58,023 nt of DNA, from assembly GCA_900544605.1 (NCBI GenBank), contig UQVP01000004.1, positions 1 to 58,023 on the forward strand, in the 5' to 3' direction. This document shows positions 49,449 to 57,094 of the stretch, piece after piece (position 1 is the first letter of the stretch; each line of letters starts with the position of its first letter). The notes below the pieces were generated by a model. That model did no database searches. It was not told the DNA's origin and was given only the letters and a program-made list of their open reading frames with translations. The position numbers and the translations under genes are program-made. This DNA comes from an uncultured Mycoplasmatota bacterium (GTDB lineage: Bacteria; Bacillota_I; Bacilli_A; RF39; UBA660).

Positions 49449-50312
49449 CTAAGATATTCTTATTATATTTAAGTATGCACTTGTATCTGATGCTGGAGAT
49501 ATAGTTGCTGCAGTTGTTGATTCTATTGATAATCCTATTTTATCACCGGCTGTAAATGAATTTATTGTACTACCAACAAAATCTGCATCTACATTTGCAG
49601 TAAGACTTTTATTTATTGTTGTACTACCAATAGGTGTTGCATTTTGTTTTACATTTACAGTAACATCGGCAGCTGTACTAGCACTACCAGAAAAATAATA
49701 ATCTACTTTATAAATACCTGTCGTTGGGATTGTTAATTTATTTTGTGTTTCTAAAGTTATACCATTAGATGGACCATTACTTCCTAACGGAATATCTTGC
49801 GCTATATTTTGTTCTAATGTTATAGAGTTTTCTGTTGTATCATATTTACGTCCATAAGTGTTAGTTGGAATTTCTGCAGCTGGACCTGTTGGGCCAGTTG
49901 GGCCTGTTGGGCCTGTTGGACCTGTTGGACCTTGTTCACCAGATGGACCGGCAACACCTTGAGGGCCTTGTAAACCTTGTTCGCCACTAGGGCCTGTTGG
50001 GCCTGTTGGGCCTTGTAAACCTTGTTGACCCTGTGGTCCGGTTGGACCTTGAATTCCCTGTCTTCCAGTAGCTCCCGTTGCACCTCTAGGAATCGTAAAA
50101 TTTAATACAACATTTTCATTTGTACCACTATTAGAAACTGTTGCACTTGTATCAGGAGCTCCAGTTGTTACATTACCTATTGCTATAGTTGCAGGGCCTT
50201 GGGGTCCTTGTGGCCCCGTTGGACCAGGAATTCCTCTAGCAATAAGTCTTCTTTTACATTTTCTGCCTTCTTCTAAAATTTCTTGAATTCTATTAGAACA
50301 TTCTTCATTCAT
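49449..50312 (-). CDS. collagen-like triple-helix repeat protein (BclA-like)
   Basis: 287 aa. GXY tracts at residues 27-40 and 77-144 (GPTGPQGPQGP..., 5x GPT), separated by a 36-aa globular insert. The ~140-aa C-terminal beta-rich domain is comparable to exosporium BclA-type proteins. Confidence 0.85.
   Translation of the reverse strand: MNEECSNRIQEILEEGRKCKRRLIARGIPGPTGPQGPQGPATIAIGNVTTGAPDTSATVSNSGTNENVVLNFTIPRGATGATGRQGIQGPTGPQGQQGLQGPTGPTGPSGEQGLQGPQGVAGPSGEQGPTGPTGPTGPTGPTGPAAEIPTNTYGRKYDTTENSITLEQNIAQDIPLGSNGPSNGITLETQNKLTIPTTGIYKVDYYFSGSASTAADVTVNVKQNATPIGSTTINKSLTANVDADFVGSTINSFTAGDKIGLSIESTTAATISPASDTSAYLNIIRIS
49881..50084 (-). repeat. GXY-coding triplet repeat (locally GC-rich)
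   Basis: About 68 codons of Gly-X-Y. The plus-strand motif GTTGGGCCTGTTGG(A/G)CC is iterated. Confidence 0.9.
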
Positions 50313-50366
50313 TAAAAAACTCTCCTTTCATTATTATTTTATGAAGAGAGAGTTTTTTGACAATTG

Positions 50367-52013
50367 TTATTGACTATTATAATTGTTTTGTCTTTCAATA
50401 GTTAAAACTTTTTGTTTATTTTTTTTATAAACACTATCTAGGTCATTATGAAGGCCTAATATTTTTTCTTTTTCAAAATTTATTTTACTTTCTATTTTAT
50501 CAAGCTCATCTAAATAAGCAATTAATGACACTTGATAATTAATATCAGCACCATATTTTTTTATTACTTCTTTTCTTATATCACCAATTTGATATAAAGA
50601 ATCACTTAATAAAAAATTCATACGATCTAAATAATTGGTGGTAGTTATTATTTCATTTTCTAAATTTTCATATATATACTTAACGTCAACCTCAGGTTGT
50701 AATATTCTTTTTACACTTCTTAAAGAATTGTTAAGCATCACACCACTTACTATTCCACCAATCATCTTGTTTTTAAACAAACTAATAGGAAACAACCCAA
50801 AAGCAAAATTAAAAATAGATGACACTAAATTTTTAGTATAATAAAAAATAGTTGGTCTTTGTCTTTTTATGGACATTTTAGAAAGAGAACGCTGTAATTT
50901 ATTAATTTTACGTTGTTCTTTTGCAATACTATCATAAATAATTTTATTAGCTAATGTTAACTCAAGCAACTTGTTATCTTTTTCTTCTTTTTTTATTTCT
51001 TTTTTATTCTCTTGTTTTGGTTCTTTTTTCATTTCTTTATCATCTACACTTTTATTTTGCTCTTTATTTTTTTCACTTAAAATTATTTCTTTTTTTACAT
51101 CCTCAATTTGAATAAGCGTTTTATCACATAAACTTATTTTTTCTTTTATTTTTTTATCATTTTTTCTTATTTCATATATGTCAATATCTTTAATTTTAAT
51201 ATAATTTTCTAATTCCTTAAACCCTGGCAATTCTTTTAAAGCTTCATATTTTAATAAAATAGCTTCTATTTTTAACTTTAATTGTTTAATTTTGAATTCA
51301 TAATCAAACAAATTGTTATAATCTTTTTCTTGTTTAATTTTTTCTTGTAAAGAAGAGATCTCTTTTGCATACTTATCAATATCTTTATTCATTTGTTTTA
51401 CTTCTAAAACAGGAACGTAAGCTTTTTTTAAACCTTTTTTGCTAGGTATTATATTAATATTAGTTTCTCTTAATTCAACTTCTTTTTTTAAATCTAAAGC
51501 TTTATTATCGCCTTTTTTTATCTGGTTTTTTGTTATATTTTCATTTTCTGAAGTCTTAGCATTTTTATTTACTACATCTTTTATTTCTAAATCTTTAATA
51601 TTTTCTTTTATAACTTCAACTCTTTTTTTATAACTATCTAATTTATTAGATTTTTTATTAAAAAACTTATAATTTTTTTCATTAATTTCTTGTTCTATTT
51701 TTTCAAGTTTATTTATATCTTCTAAAGTAACTATTTTATTATGTATTTTTATTTCTATATTAGAAATTTCTTTTTCTAAATTAATTTTTTTGTTTTTAGG
51801 TTCAAATAGCCCTAAAAAAAGACCAAGTACTGTTAACCCAAAGACTTTTGGTTTACTATAATGTTTAGGAGAAACTACTACTTGTTTTTGCTTTTCTGCT
51901 AACATTTTCTTACGTTTTAATTCTTTTAATTTTTTCTTTTGTTCTTTTTTATATTTTAAAAATCTTTTCCAAGCAATTATTCTATCTTTCAAACTACCTT
52001 TTTGATTAGGCAT
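50367..52013 (-). CDS. Lys-rich coiled-coil membrane protein
   Basis: About 548 aa. A basic N-terminus, a TM helix (VFGLTVLGLFLGLF), ~330 aa of K/E-rich heptad-like sequence and a second hydrophobic region (SSIFNFAFGLFPISLF...GGIVSGVML). The start is ambiguous (52013, 52019 or 52031); 52013 best fits GGTGGTGA. Confidence 0.65.
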   Translation of the reverse strand: MPNQKGSLKDRIIAWKRFLKYKKEQKKKLKELKRKKMLAEKQKQVVVSPKHYSKPKVFGLTVLGLFLGLFEPKNKKINLEKEISNIEIKIHNKIVTLEDINKLEKIEQEINEKNYKFFNKKSNKLDSYKKRVEVIKENIKDLEIKDVVNKNAKTSENENITKNQIKKGDNKALDLKKEVELRETNINIIPSKKGLKKAYVPVLEVKQMNKDIDKYAKEISSLQEKIKQEKDYNNLFDYEFKIKQLKLKIEAILLKYEALKELPGFKELENYIKIKDIDIYEIRKNDKKIKEKISLCDKTLIQIEDVKKEIILSEKNKEQNKSVDDKEMKKEPKQENKKEIKKEEKDNKLLELTLANKIIYDSIAKEQRKINKLQRSLSKMSIKRQRPTIFYYTKNLVSSIFNFAFGLFPISLFKNKMIGGIVSGVMLNNSLRSVKRILQPEVDVKYIYENLENEIITTTNYLDRMNFLLSDSLYQIGDIRKEVIKKYGADINYQVSLIAYLDELDKIESKINFEKEKILGLHNDLDSVYKKNKQKVLTIERQNNYNSQ

Positions 52014-52052
52014 AAACATCACCACCAACATTATATCACAAAAAAAGTAGAA

Positions 52053-53096
52053 TTAATTTTCTACTTTATCTTTATGTTCATTATATATTTTTGTGTAAAA
52101 ATCTCTCCAAATTTTTAAAATATTTTCTTTACTATAAAATTCACTTATTTCTTTAGAGTTTTTACTTTGTTTTTTGTAAAAATTATTATCATCTTTTAAT
52201 TCTTTTATTAAACTTACAAATTCTTTATTATTTTTACCTTTTACATATTTATTAAATAAAATATCCTCATATAAATCTAAATCTCTTAATAACAAGGGTT
52301 TATGACAATTAACGGCTTCTAAAATTGTCATTGGGAATAGTTCATTATATGATGGCATAAATAAAATATCTGCCATATTAAACATATCATTCATTCTATC
52401 TCTCTTAATAATACCTGTAAAGATAACATTTTTAGGGGGATTATCAACTACTTTTTTCAACTCTTCATAACCATCAGTTATTTTTCCAAATGAGAATCCA
52501 CCACACCATACAAACTGAACATCAGGTAATTTTTTAGCAACTTTAATAAAATCTAAAACACCTTTTCTATTTTGAATTTGGCCAGCACCTAAAACAACAA
52601 ATTTATCTTCTGGAATACCAAGTTGTTCTTTTATCTTTTTTATTTCTGATTTATTCTTTTTGTAAAATTGTTCTTTTGATACATAATTAGGTATATAAAC
52701 TATTTTTTCTCTTTTAATTCCATATCTAACTAAATCATTAATAAAAATAGGATTAACAACCACTAAATAATCAGCTGTGTTATAGAATTTAACTACATAT
52801 TTTTTAAACACATTAAAAGCAAATTTAGGTAATTTTAAACTACCATCTAATGTGTCAGGTAAAAAATGACAGTAAGCAACATTAACACCTTTATTTAACT
52901 TCATTTTTATATAACTTTGTGGTTCTGTTGTATGAGCATGAATGATATCAGCTTTTTTATGAGAATTAATACTAACTTCAAATAAATCTTTAGCACCTTC
53001 ATCAAGTAATTTAATTAATTCTTTATATGCACTTCCAACCCCTTGACCTTCAACAGTATCCGCTAAAGACAACATATTTATTTTAATCTTTTCCAT
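52053..53096 (-). CDS. GT4-family (GT-B) glycosyltransferase
   Basis: 347 aa. N-terminal GQGVGSAY and a C-terminal EX7E-like region FPMTILEAVNCHKPLLLRDLDLYEDI. Confidence 0.8.
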   Translation of the reverse strand: MEKIKINMLSLADTVEGQGVGSAYKELIKLLDEGAKDLFEVSINSHKKADIIHAHTTEPQSYIKMKLNKGVNVAYCHFLPDTLDGSLKLPKFAFNVFKKYVVKFYNTADYLVVVNPIFINDLVRYGIKREKIVYIPNYVSKEQFYKKNKSEIKKIKEQLGIPEDKFVVLGAGQIQNRKGVLDFIKVAKKLPDVQFVWCGGFSFGKITDGYEELKKVVDNPPKNVIFTGIIKRDRMNDMFNMADILFMPSYNELFPMTILEAVNCHKPLLLRDLDLYEDILFNKYVKGKNNKEFVSLIKELKDDNNFYKKQSKNSKEISEFYSKENILKIWRDFYTKIYNEHKDKVEN

Positions 53097-53120
53097 TATA
53101 TCACCATTTAAATTATATCA

Positions 53121-53351
53121 TTAAATATTAATACTTACAAGAATTACATCTTCTCCTATTTTTTGAATTTGACTCCATTTTATTTCTATTTCATTAGTAT
53201 TTGTAAACATTGAAATAATAAATTTATTTTTTTCAACAATAAAGCCATCCATATTACCTTTATCGTCCAATCTTATATCTATAATATTGCCGATTTTACT
53301 ACCATCATTTACATTAACAACATCTTTTTTTTGTAAATCAGAAAGTCTCAT
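53121..53351 (-). CDS. ylmC: YlmC/YmxH-family sporulation protein (PRC barrel)
   Basis: MRLSDLQKKDVVNVNDGSKIGNIIDI, 76 aa, downstream of sigG as in Bacillus. Confidence 0.88.
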   Translation of the reverse strand: MRLSDLQKKDVVNVNDGSKIGNIIDIRLDDKGNMDGFIVEKNKFIISMFTNTNEIEIKWSQIQKIGEDVILVSINI

Positions 53352-53391
53352 ACTCTCACCTAACTAATTTTATGAATATAAAAAGTGGTTA

Positions 53392-54168
53392 TTACAATAT
53401 TAACTTTTTAATATTGTCAATACCACTTTTTTCTAATCTTGATATTTGAGCTTGTGAAATACCTATTTCCTCTGCTAATTCCATCTGTGTTTTACCTATA
53501 ATATATCGTTCTAATAAAACATATCTTTCTTTTTCTTTTAATTTATTAAGAGCATCTTTAAGCGCAAAAAGTGTTTCCTTATCATATAAATTATTTTTTT
53601 TATCTTGAATTTGATCTTCTAAATAGATAGTATCTCCACCATCACTATAAATTGGCTCCGACATACTAATTGTATCCCGCATCGACTCTAAAGCATTCAC
53701 CACTTCAAATTCATCCAAACCTAACTTTTGGGCAACTAAAGAAATACTAGGCTCACATCCCATTTCATTTATTAATTCTTCTTTTATTCTCATAGCCTGA
53801 TACGCAATATCTTTAATACTTCGTGATATTCTAACACTATTATTATCACGAAGATATCTTTTTACCTCACCTAGAATCATTGGTACAGCATACGTAGAAA
53901 ATCTTACTTCATGTGATAAATCAAAATTATCTATGGCTTTAATTAAACCTATACAACCAACTTGAAATAAATCATCCATATTATCTGTTCTATTATTATA
54001 CTTCTTTAAAATAGATAATACTAATTTTAAATTACCGTTAACTAAATCTTCTTTCGCAAACTTATCACCATTTTGATATTTTTTAAATAGTTCAATCATT
54101 TCATCATTAGTTAACACTTTAATATTCGCAGTATTCACGCCACATATTTCAACCTTATGACGTGCCAT
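53392..54168 (-). CDS. sigG: sporulation sigma factor SigG
   Basis: MARHKVEICGVNT..., NLKLVLSILKKY, FSTYAVPMILGEVKRYLRD, SQAQISRLEK. Start at ATG 54168, behind AAAGGAG. Confidence 0.9.
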   Translation of the reverse strand: MARHKVEICGVNTANIKVLTNDEMIELFKKYQNGDKFAKEDLVNGNLKLVLSILKKYNNRTDNMDDLFQVGCIGLIKAIDNFDLSHEVRFSTYAVPMILGEVKRYLRDNNSVRISRSIKDIAYQAMRIKEELINEMGCEPSISLVAQKLGLDEFEVVNALESMRDTISMSEPIYSDGGDTIYLEDQIQDKKNNLYDKETLFALKDALNKLKEKERYVLLERYIIGKTQMELAEEIGISQAQISRLEKSGIDNIKKLIL

Positions 54169-54185
54169 ATTTTCTCCTTTCATTC

Positions 54186-54215
54186 TATATTGACAATATA
54201 AAACGAAATTTATAC
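54186..54215 (-). promoter_or_regulatory. possible forespore (sigma-F/G-type) promoter of sigG
   Basis: Minus strand GTATA (54215-54211), 18 nt, CAATATA (54192-54186). The match to the GTATA / CATnnTA-type consensus is loose. Confidence 0.3.
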
Positions 54216-54231
54216 AAGAAAAAAATTAGAC

Positions 54232-55140
54232 TTAATCTAATTTTTTTACTAAAGAATAATCTACTATGACATTTTTTTCTGGAGTAATTGAATATAATGT
54301 ATTTTTATTAATACTTATTCCTAAATAATCTAACATCGCACAAAAGCTAGGATTTGTATGTTTATTATTTTTATTAATAATAACATAGTTCCCTTTATCA
54401 TAATATTCTCTCGTTAAATTAATAGCATCTTCTAAAACATTTTCATCAACACTCACGTATATTTCTGAACTATCAGTAATAAAGTTATTTTTTAAGGCAT
54501 ATTCTATTAAAACTCCAGCTGCTGTTAAAGAATCATGCGTTAAATCTTTAGGAGCAATATTAATTTTCTTACTATTTTTTAATATTTTAATAATTTTTTT
54601 CTTATCCTTAATTATTTCTTCATATTTTTTTAATAATTCTTGTTCATTATTGTAACCATATAAATAACCATCCTTAATTATTTCACGATAAGCTACTAAA
54701 TCTGTTTCAAATTCAAAAGGTAAATTACCTTTATTTTTTTGTTTTCCTGCTACTACAGTTTTAAGACACCAATTATAATCAAAATCATTTTCAGGGATTG
54801 CTATTTCAGGAAGCCAAAAACAATAATTACCATTCGCATTTTTATAATCAAGATAACGATAATTCATATTGAAAGCGTTGGTTAAAAAGTCATATCCCCC
54901 CAACCCTATACCATACTTACAAACTATTTCATCAGGAATATCAAATTTACCTACCAAGCATTTATCATAATCTATTTTTTCAAAGCTTTCAAAACAAGAT
55001 TCGGCATTCAAAAATAAATGAACATAATTTTTATTTTTTTTATACTTATGTGTATTTATTGTTTCTTCAAAATGTTTTTTATTATTATGAACCTTTTTTT
55101 CTTCATATTCTTCTCTAGCCATCAATCGATAAAAAATCAT
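54232..55140 (-). CDS. hypothetical protein inserted between sigE and sigG
   Basis: 302 aa from ATG 55140 (RBS GAGGGGGA). No recognisable motif. Confidence 0.65.
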   Translation of the reverse strand: MIFYRLMAREEYEEKKVHNNKKHFEETINTHKYKKNKNYVHLFLNAESCFESFEKIDYDKCLVGKFDIPDEIVCKYGIGLGGYDFLTNAFNMNYRYLDYKNANGNYCFWLPEIAIPENDFDYNWCLKTVVAGKQKNKGNLPFEFETDLVAYREIIKDGYLYGYNNEQELLKKYEEIIKDKKKIIKILKNSKKINIAPKDLTHDSLTAAGVLIEYALKNNFITDSSEIYVSVDENVLEDAINLTREYYDKGNYVIINKNNKHTNPSFCAMLDYLGISINKNTLYSITPEKNVIVDYSLVKKLD

Positions 55141-55165
55141 AAAAATCCCCCTCAAAGTAGTTCAT

Positions 55166-55193
55166 ATTATAACACTTTTTTAATTTTGTGCAA
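55166..55193 (-). promoter_or_regulatory. extended -10 sigma-A promoter for the 302-aa gene
   Basis: Minus strand TTGCAC (55193-55188), 16 nt, TGtTATAAT (hexamer 55171-55166). Confidence 0.55.
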
Positions 55194-55228
55194 CTAAAAA
55201 GTGTAAATTATTTTTTAAATTTACACTT
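55194..55228 (-). terminator. terminator after sigE
   Basis: 9-bp stem AGTGTAAAT-N10-ATTTACACT (55200-55227) followed by a T run on the minus strand. Confidence 0.7.
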
Positions 55229-55919
55229 AATATTTAACAACACCTTTTAATTTTTTTATTACCTTTTTTTCTATTCTTGATATATAAGATTGACTAATAC
55301 CTAGTTTTTCAGCAACTTCTTTCTGAGTCATTTCTTTATGATTAAATAAACCATATCTTAAAACCATTATTTCTTTATCTCTATCATTTAATTTTGATAT
55401 TTCTTTATACATCATTTTTTTATCGGTTTCATCTTCTATTCCTTTTGTTACAATATCAGAATCTGTACCTAATATATCTTCTAGGTGAAGTTCATTCCCC
55501 TCTGCATCGTAGCTCAAACTATCTTCAAAACTTACTTCGCTTCTTCTTCGTTTATTTTTTCTTAAAAACATTAAAATTTCATTATCTATACAACGTGATG
55601 CGTAGGTTGCCAACTTAATATTTTTATCAGGTTTATATGTTTTAATTCCCTTAATAAGTCCAATACTACCAATACTAACTAAATCTTCTAAATCAACACC
55701 TGTATTTTCATATTTTTTAGATAAAAATACTACTAAACGAAGATTGTGTTCAATCAATTTCTCCTTCGCATGTATATCTCCTTCTAAAGCTTTATTAACA
55801 TAAGCTAATTCCTCTTCTTTAGAAAGAGGAGCTGGAAGTTTATCCGCACTACCAACATAAAAAATTGAGTGTTCACTATTAAATATTCTTAAAATAAAAT
55901 TTATAACTTTCTTTAACAT
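55227..55919 (-). CDS. sigE: sporulation sigma factor SigE (pro-sigma-E)
   Basis: Pro-sequence MLKKVINFILRIF...YVGSADKLPAPLSKEEE, then HNLRLVVFLSKKY and YASRCIDNEILMFLRK. Confidence 0.92.
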   Translation of the reverse strand: MLKKVINFILRIFNSEHSIFYVGSADKLPAPLSKEEELAYVNKALEGDIHAKEKLIEHNLRLVVFLSKKYENTGVDLEDLVSIGSIGLIKGIKTYKPDKNIKLATYASRCIDNEILMFLRKNKRRRSEVSFEDSLSYDAEGNELHLEDILGTDSDIVTKGIEDETDKKMMYKEISKLNDRDKEIMVLRYGLFNHKEMTQKEVAEKLGISQSYISRIEKKVIKKLKGVVKY

Positions 55920-55920
55920 T

Positions 55921-56691
55921 TTAGCCTCCTATTTCTGGTAATATACAATCTACCCCGTCTATATTTATTTTTTCATCAACAAAACCAAGCAATAGTTTTT
56001 CTTTTATAACTCGCCCATCAATTTCTAACTTATCTAACTTTAAACATTTTATTAAACTTGTTTTATTAACTGTATTAATAGGAACAAATATAAAATTAGA
56101 ATCTAAACTATACTTTTTATTTATTAAAATAATTTTTCTTCCAAAATAAGGATCGACAACTTTATTACCTGTATCTACATATCCCACACATTCAATACAT
56201 TCATTATCTGTATATAACTTAACTTTGTGATACTTACTATAATTATTTTTTAAATTCAAACCTTGTCTCACATAAATATATATTATTACTGGTGAAAATA
56301 TGATTAAAAATATAAAATTTATACTCAAACCTTCATGAAAAAAAACTAAACCTTGTTGTTTATATGAAAATTGAACATTTAAAAAATATAAAAAGCCACC
56401 TAATACAATACTTGCCATATATAAAAATCCCAAATTTTTTAGAAAGAAAACTTTATCTTTATATCCAAAGCTAGTCAAAATCATCATAATACTTATAATA
56501 ATTTTTAATAAAAATAACATAACTGAATTAATATTTATAAAAAGAAACAAAATACTTAAACTACCAATAAAAGCTCCTAATACTAATCTATTTATTGATA
56601 CCATTCTTCTTAAAAGAAGGGATACTGATAATAAAAGAAGAAAATCAAAACCAAAATTTAAAAAGAGGACAAGGTCAACATATATTTTCAT
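55921..56691 (-). CDS. spoIIGA: sigma-E processing peptidase SpoIIGA
   Basis: Five N-terminal TM helices and the aspartic protease motif GYVDTGNKVVDP. Start at ATG 56691, behind GGTGA. Confidence 0.9.
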   Translation of the reverse strand: MKIYVDLVLFLNFGFDFLLLLSVSLLLRRMVSINRLVLGAFIGSLSILFLFININSVMLFLLKIIISIMMILTSFGYKDKVFFLKNLGFLYMASIVLGGFLYFLNVQFSYKQQGLVFFHEGLSINFIFLIIFSPVIIYIYVRQGLNLKNNYSKYHKVKLYTDNECIECVGYVDTGNKVVDPYFGRKIILINKKYSLDSNFIFVPINTVNKTSLIKCLKLDKLEIDGRVIKEKLLLGFVDEKINIDGVDCILPEIGG

Positions 56692-56706
56692 CGTATCACC
56701 ATTAAC

Positions 56707-56740
56707 ATTATAAAAAAACAACACAAATAATTGTGTCGTT
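56707..56740 (-). promoter_or_regulatory. spoIIG-type promoter with an over-long spacer and a Spo0A-box-like -35
   Basis: Minus strand AACGACA (56740-56734; the 0A box reverse is TTCGACA), 21-nt spacer, TATAAT (56712-56707). Confidence 0.4.
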
Positions 56741-57094
56741 TTATGATTGTTTTTAAATTTATTTTAATACTATTTACAACAATTGTATTTATATCAAAAG
56801 TATAACTTATTAATAGGAAAAACTGTTTTAATATTATCTTTAAACCTCTTAACTTTATAATAGAATATATTATTTAAAATCATACTATCTTTATCAAACA
56901 CTTCATAAAAACTTCCTGATTTTATAAATATAATATACTTCTAGCATAAAATCTCCTTAAGTTATATACTAAGCTTAAGTCAATGTCCTTTATGACACAT
57001 CAACTTGCCCGTGCCTACACTTTCGTTCGGCACCTTTATATATTTTGCTTTCGCAAAATATTAGATTCTAGATTCTAAGATGTAGGGCGCACAA

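Noticed and set aside
49820-50083. 87-aa ORF on the same strand as the collagen-like gene but in another frame (Q/V/K-rich).
   Set aside because: It is an alternative-frame reading of the GXY triplet repeat. Periodic repeats stay open in several frames. It has no independent start context.
50313-50366. Sigma-K promoter call for the collagen-like gene, based on CATAAAATA.
   Set aside because: The -10 fits CATAnnnTA, but there is no AC -35 element at the right distance. A sigma-A-like TTGTCA-16-TAAAAT reading is equally possible. It is mentioned only inside the cluster finding.
9293-56724. N-terminal extensions in the ORF track for 20 genes: rpoB, rplK, the ybxB-like gene, the TrmH gene, the first pilin-like gene, rnj, sufS, sufD, the HIT gene, the 317-aa gene, the hydrolase gene, mrnC, rdgB, the NTase-like gene, the Asp-box gene, the Lys-rich gene, sigG, the 302-aa gene and spoIIGA.
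   Set aside because: In each case the upstream-most start overlaps or precedes the Shine-Dalgarno sequence, or overlaps a terminator. An internal ATG/GTG with a well-spaced RBS and the canonical protein N-terminus was chosen instead.
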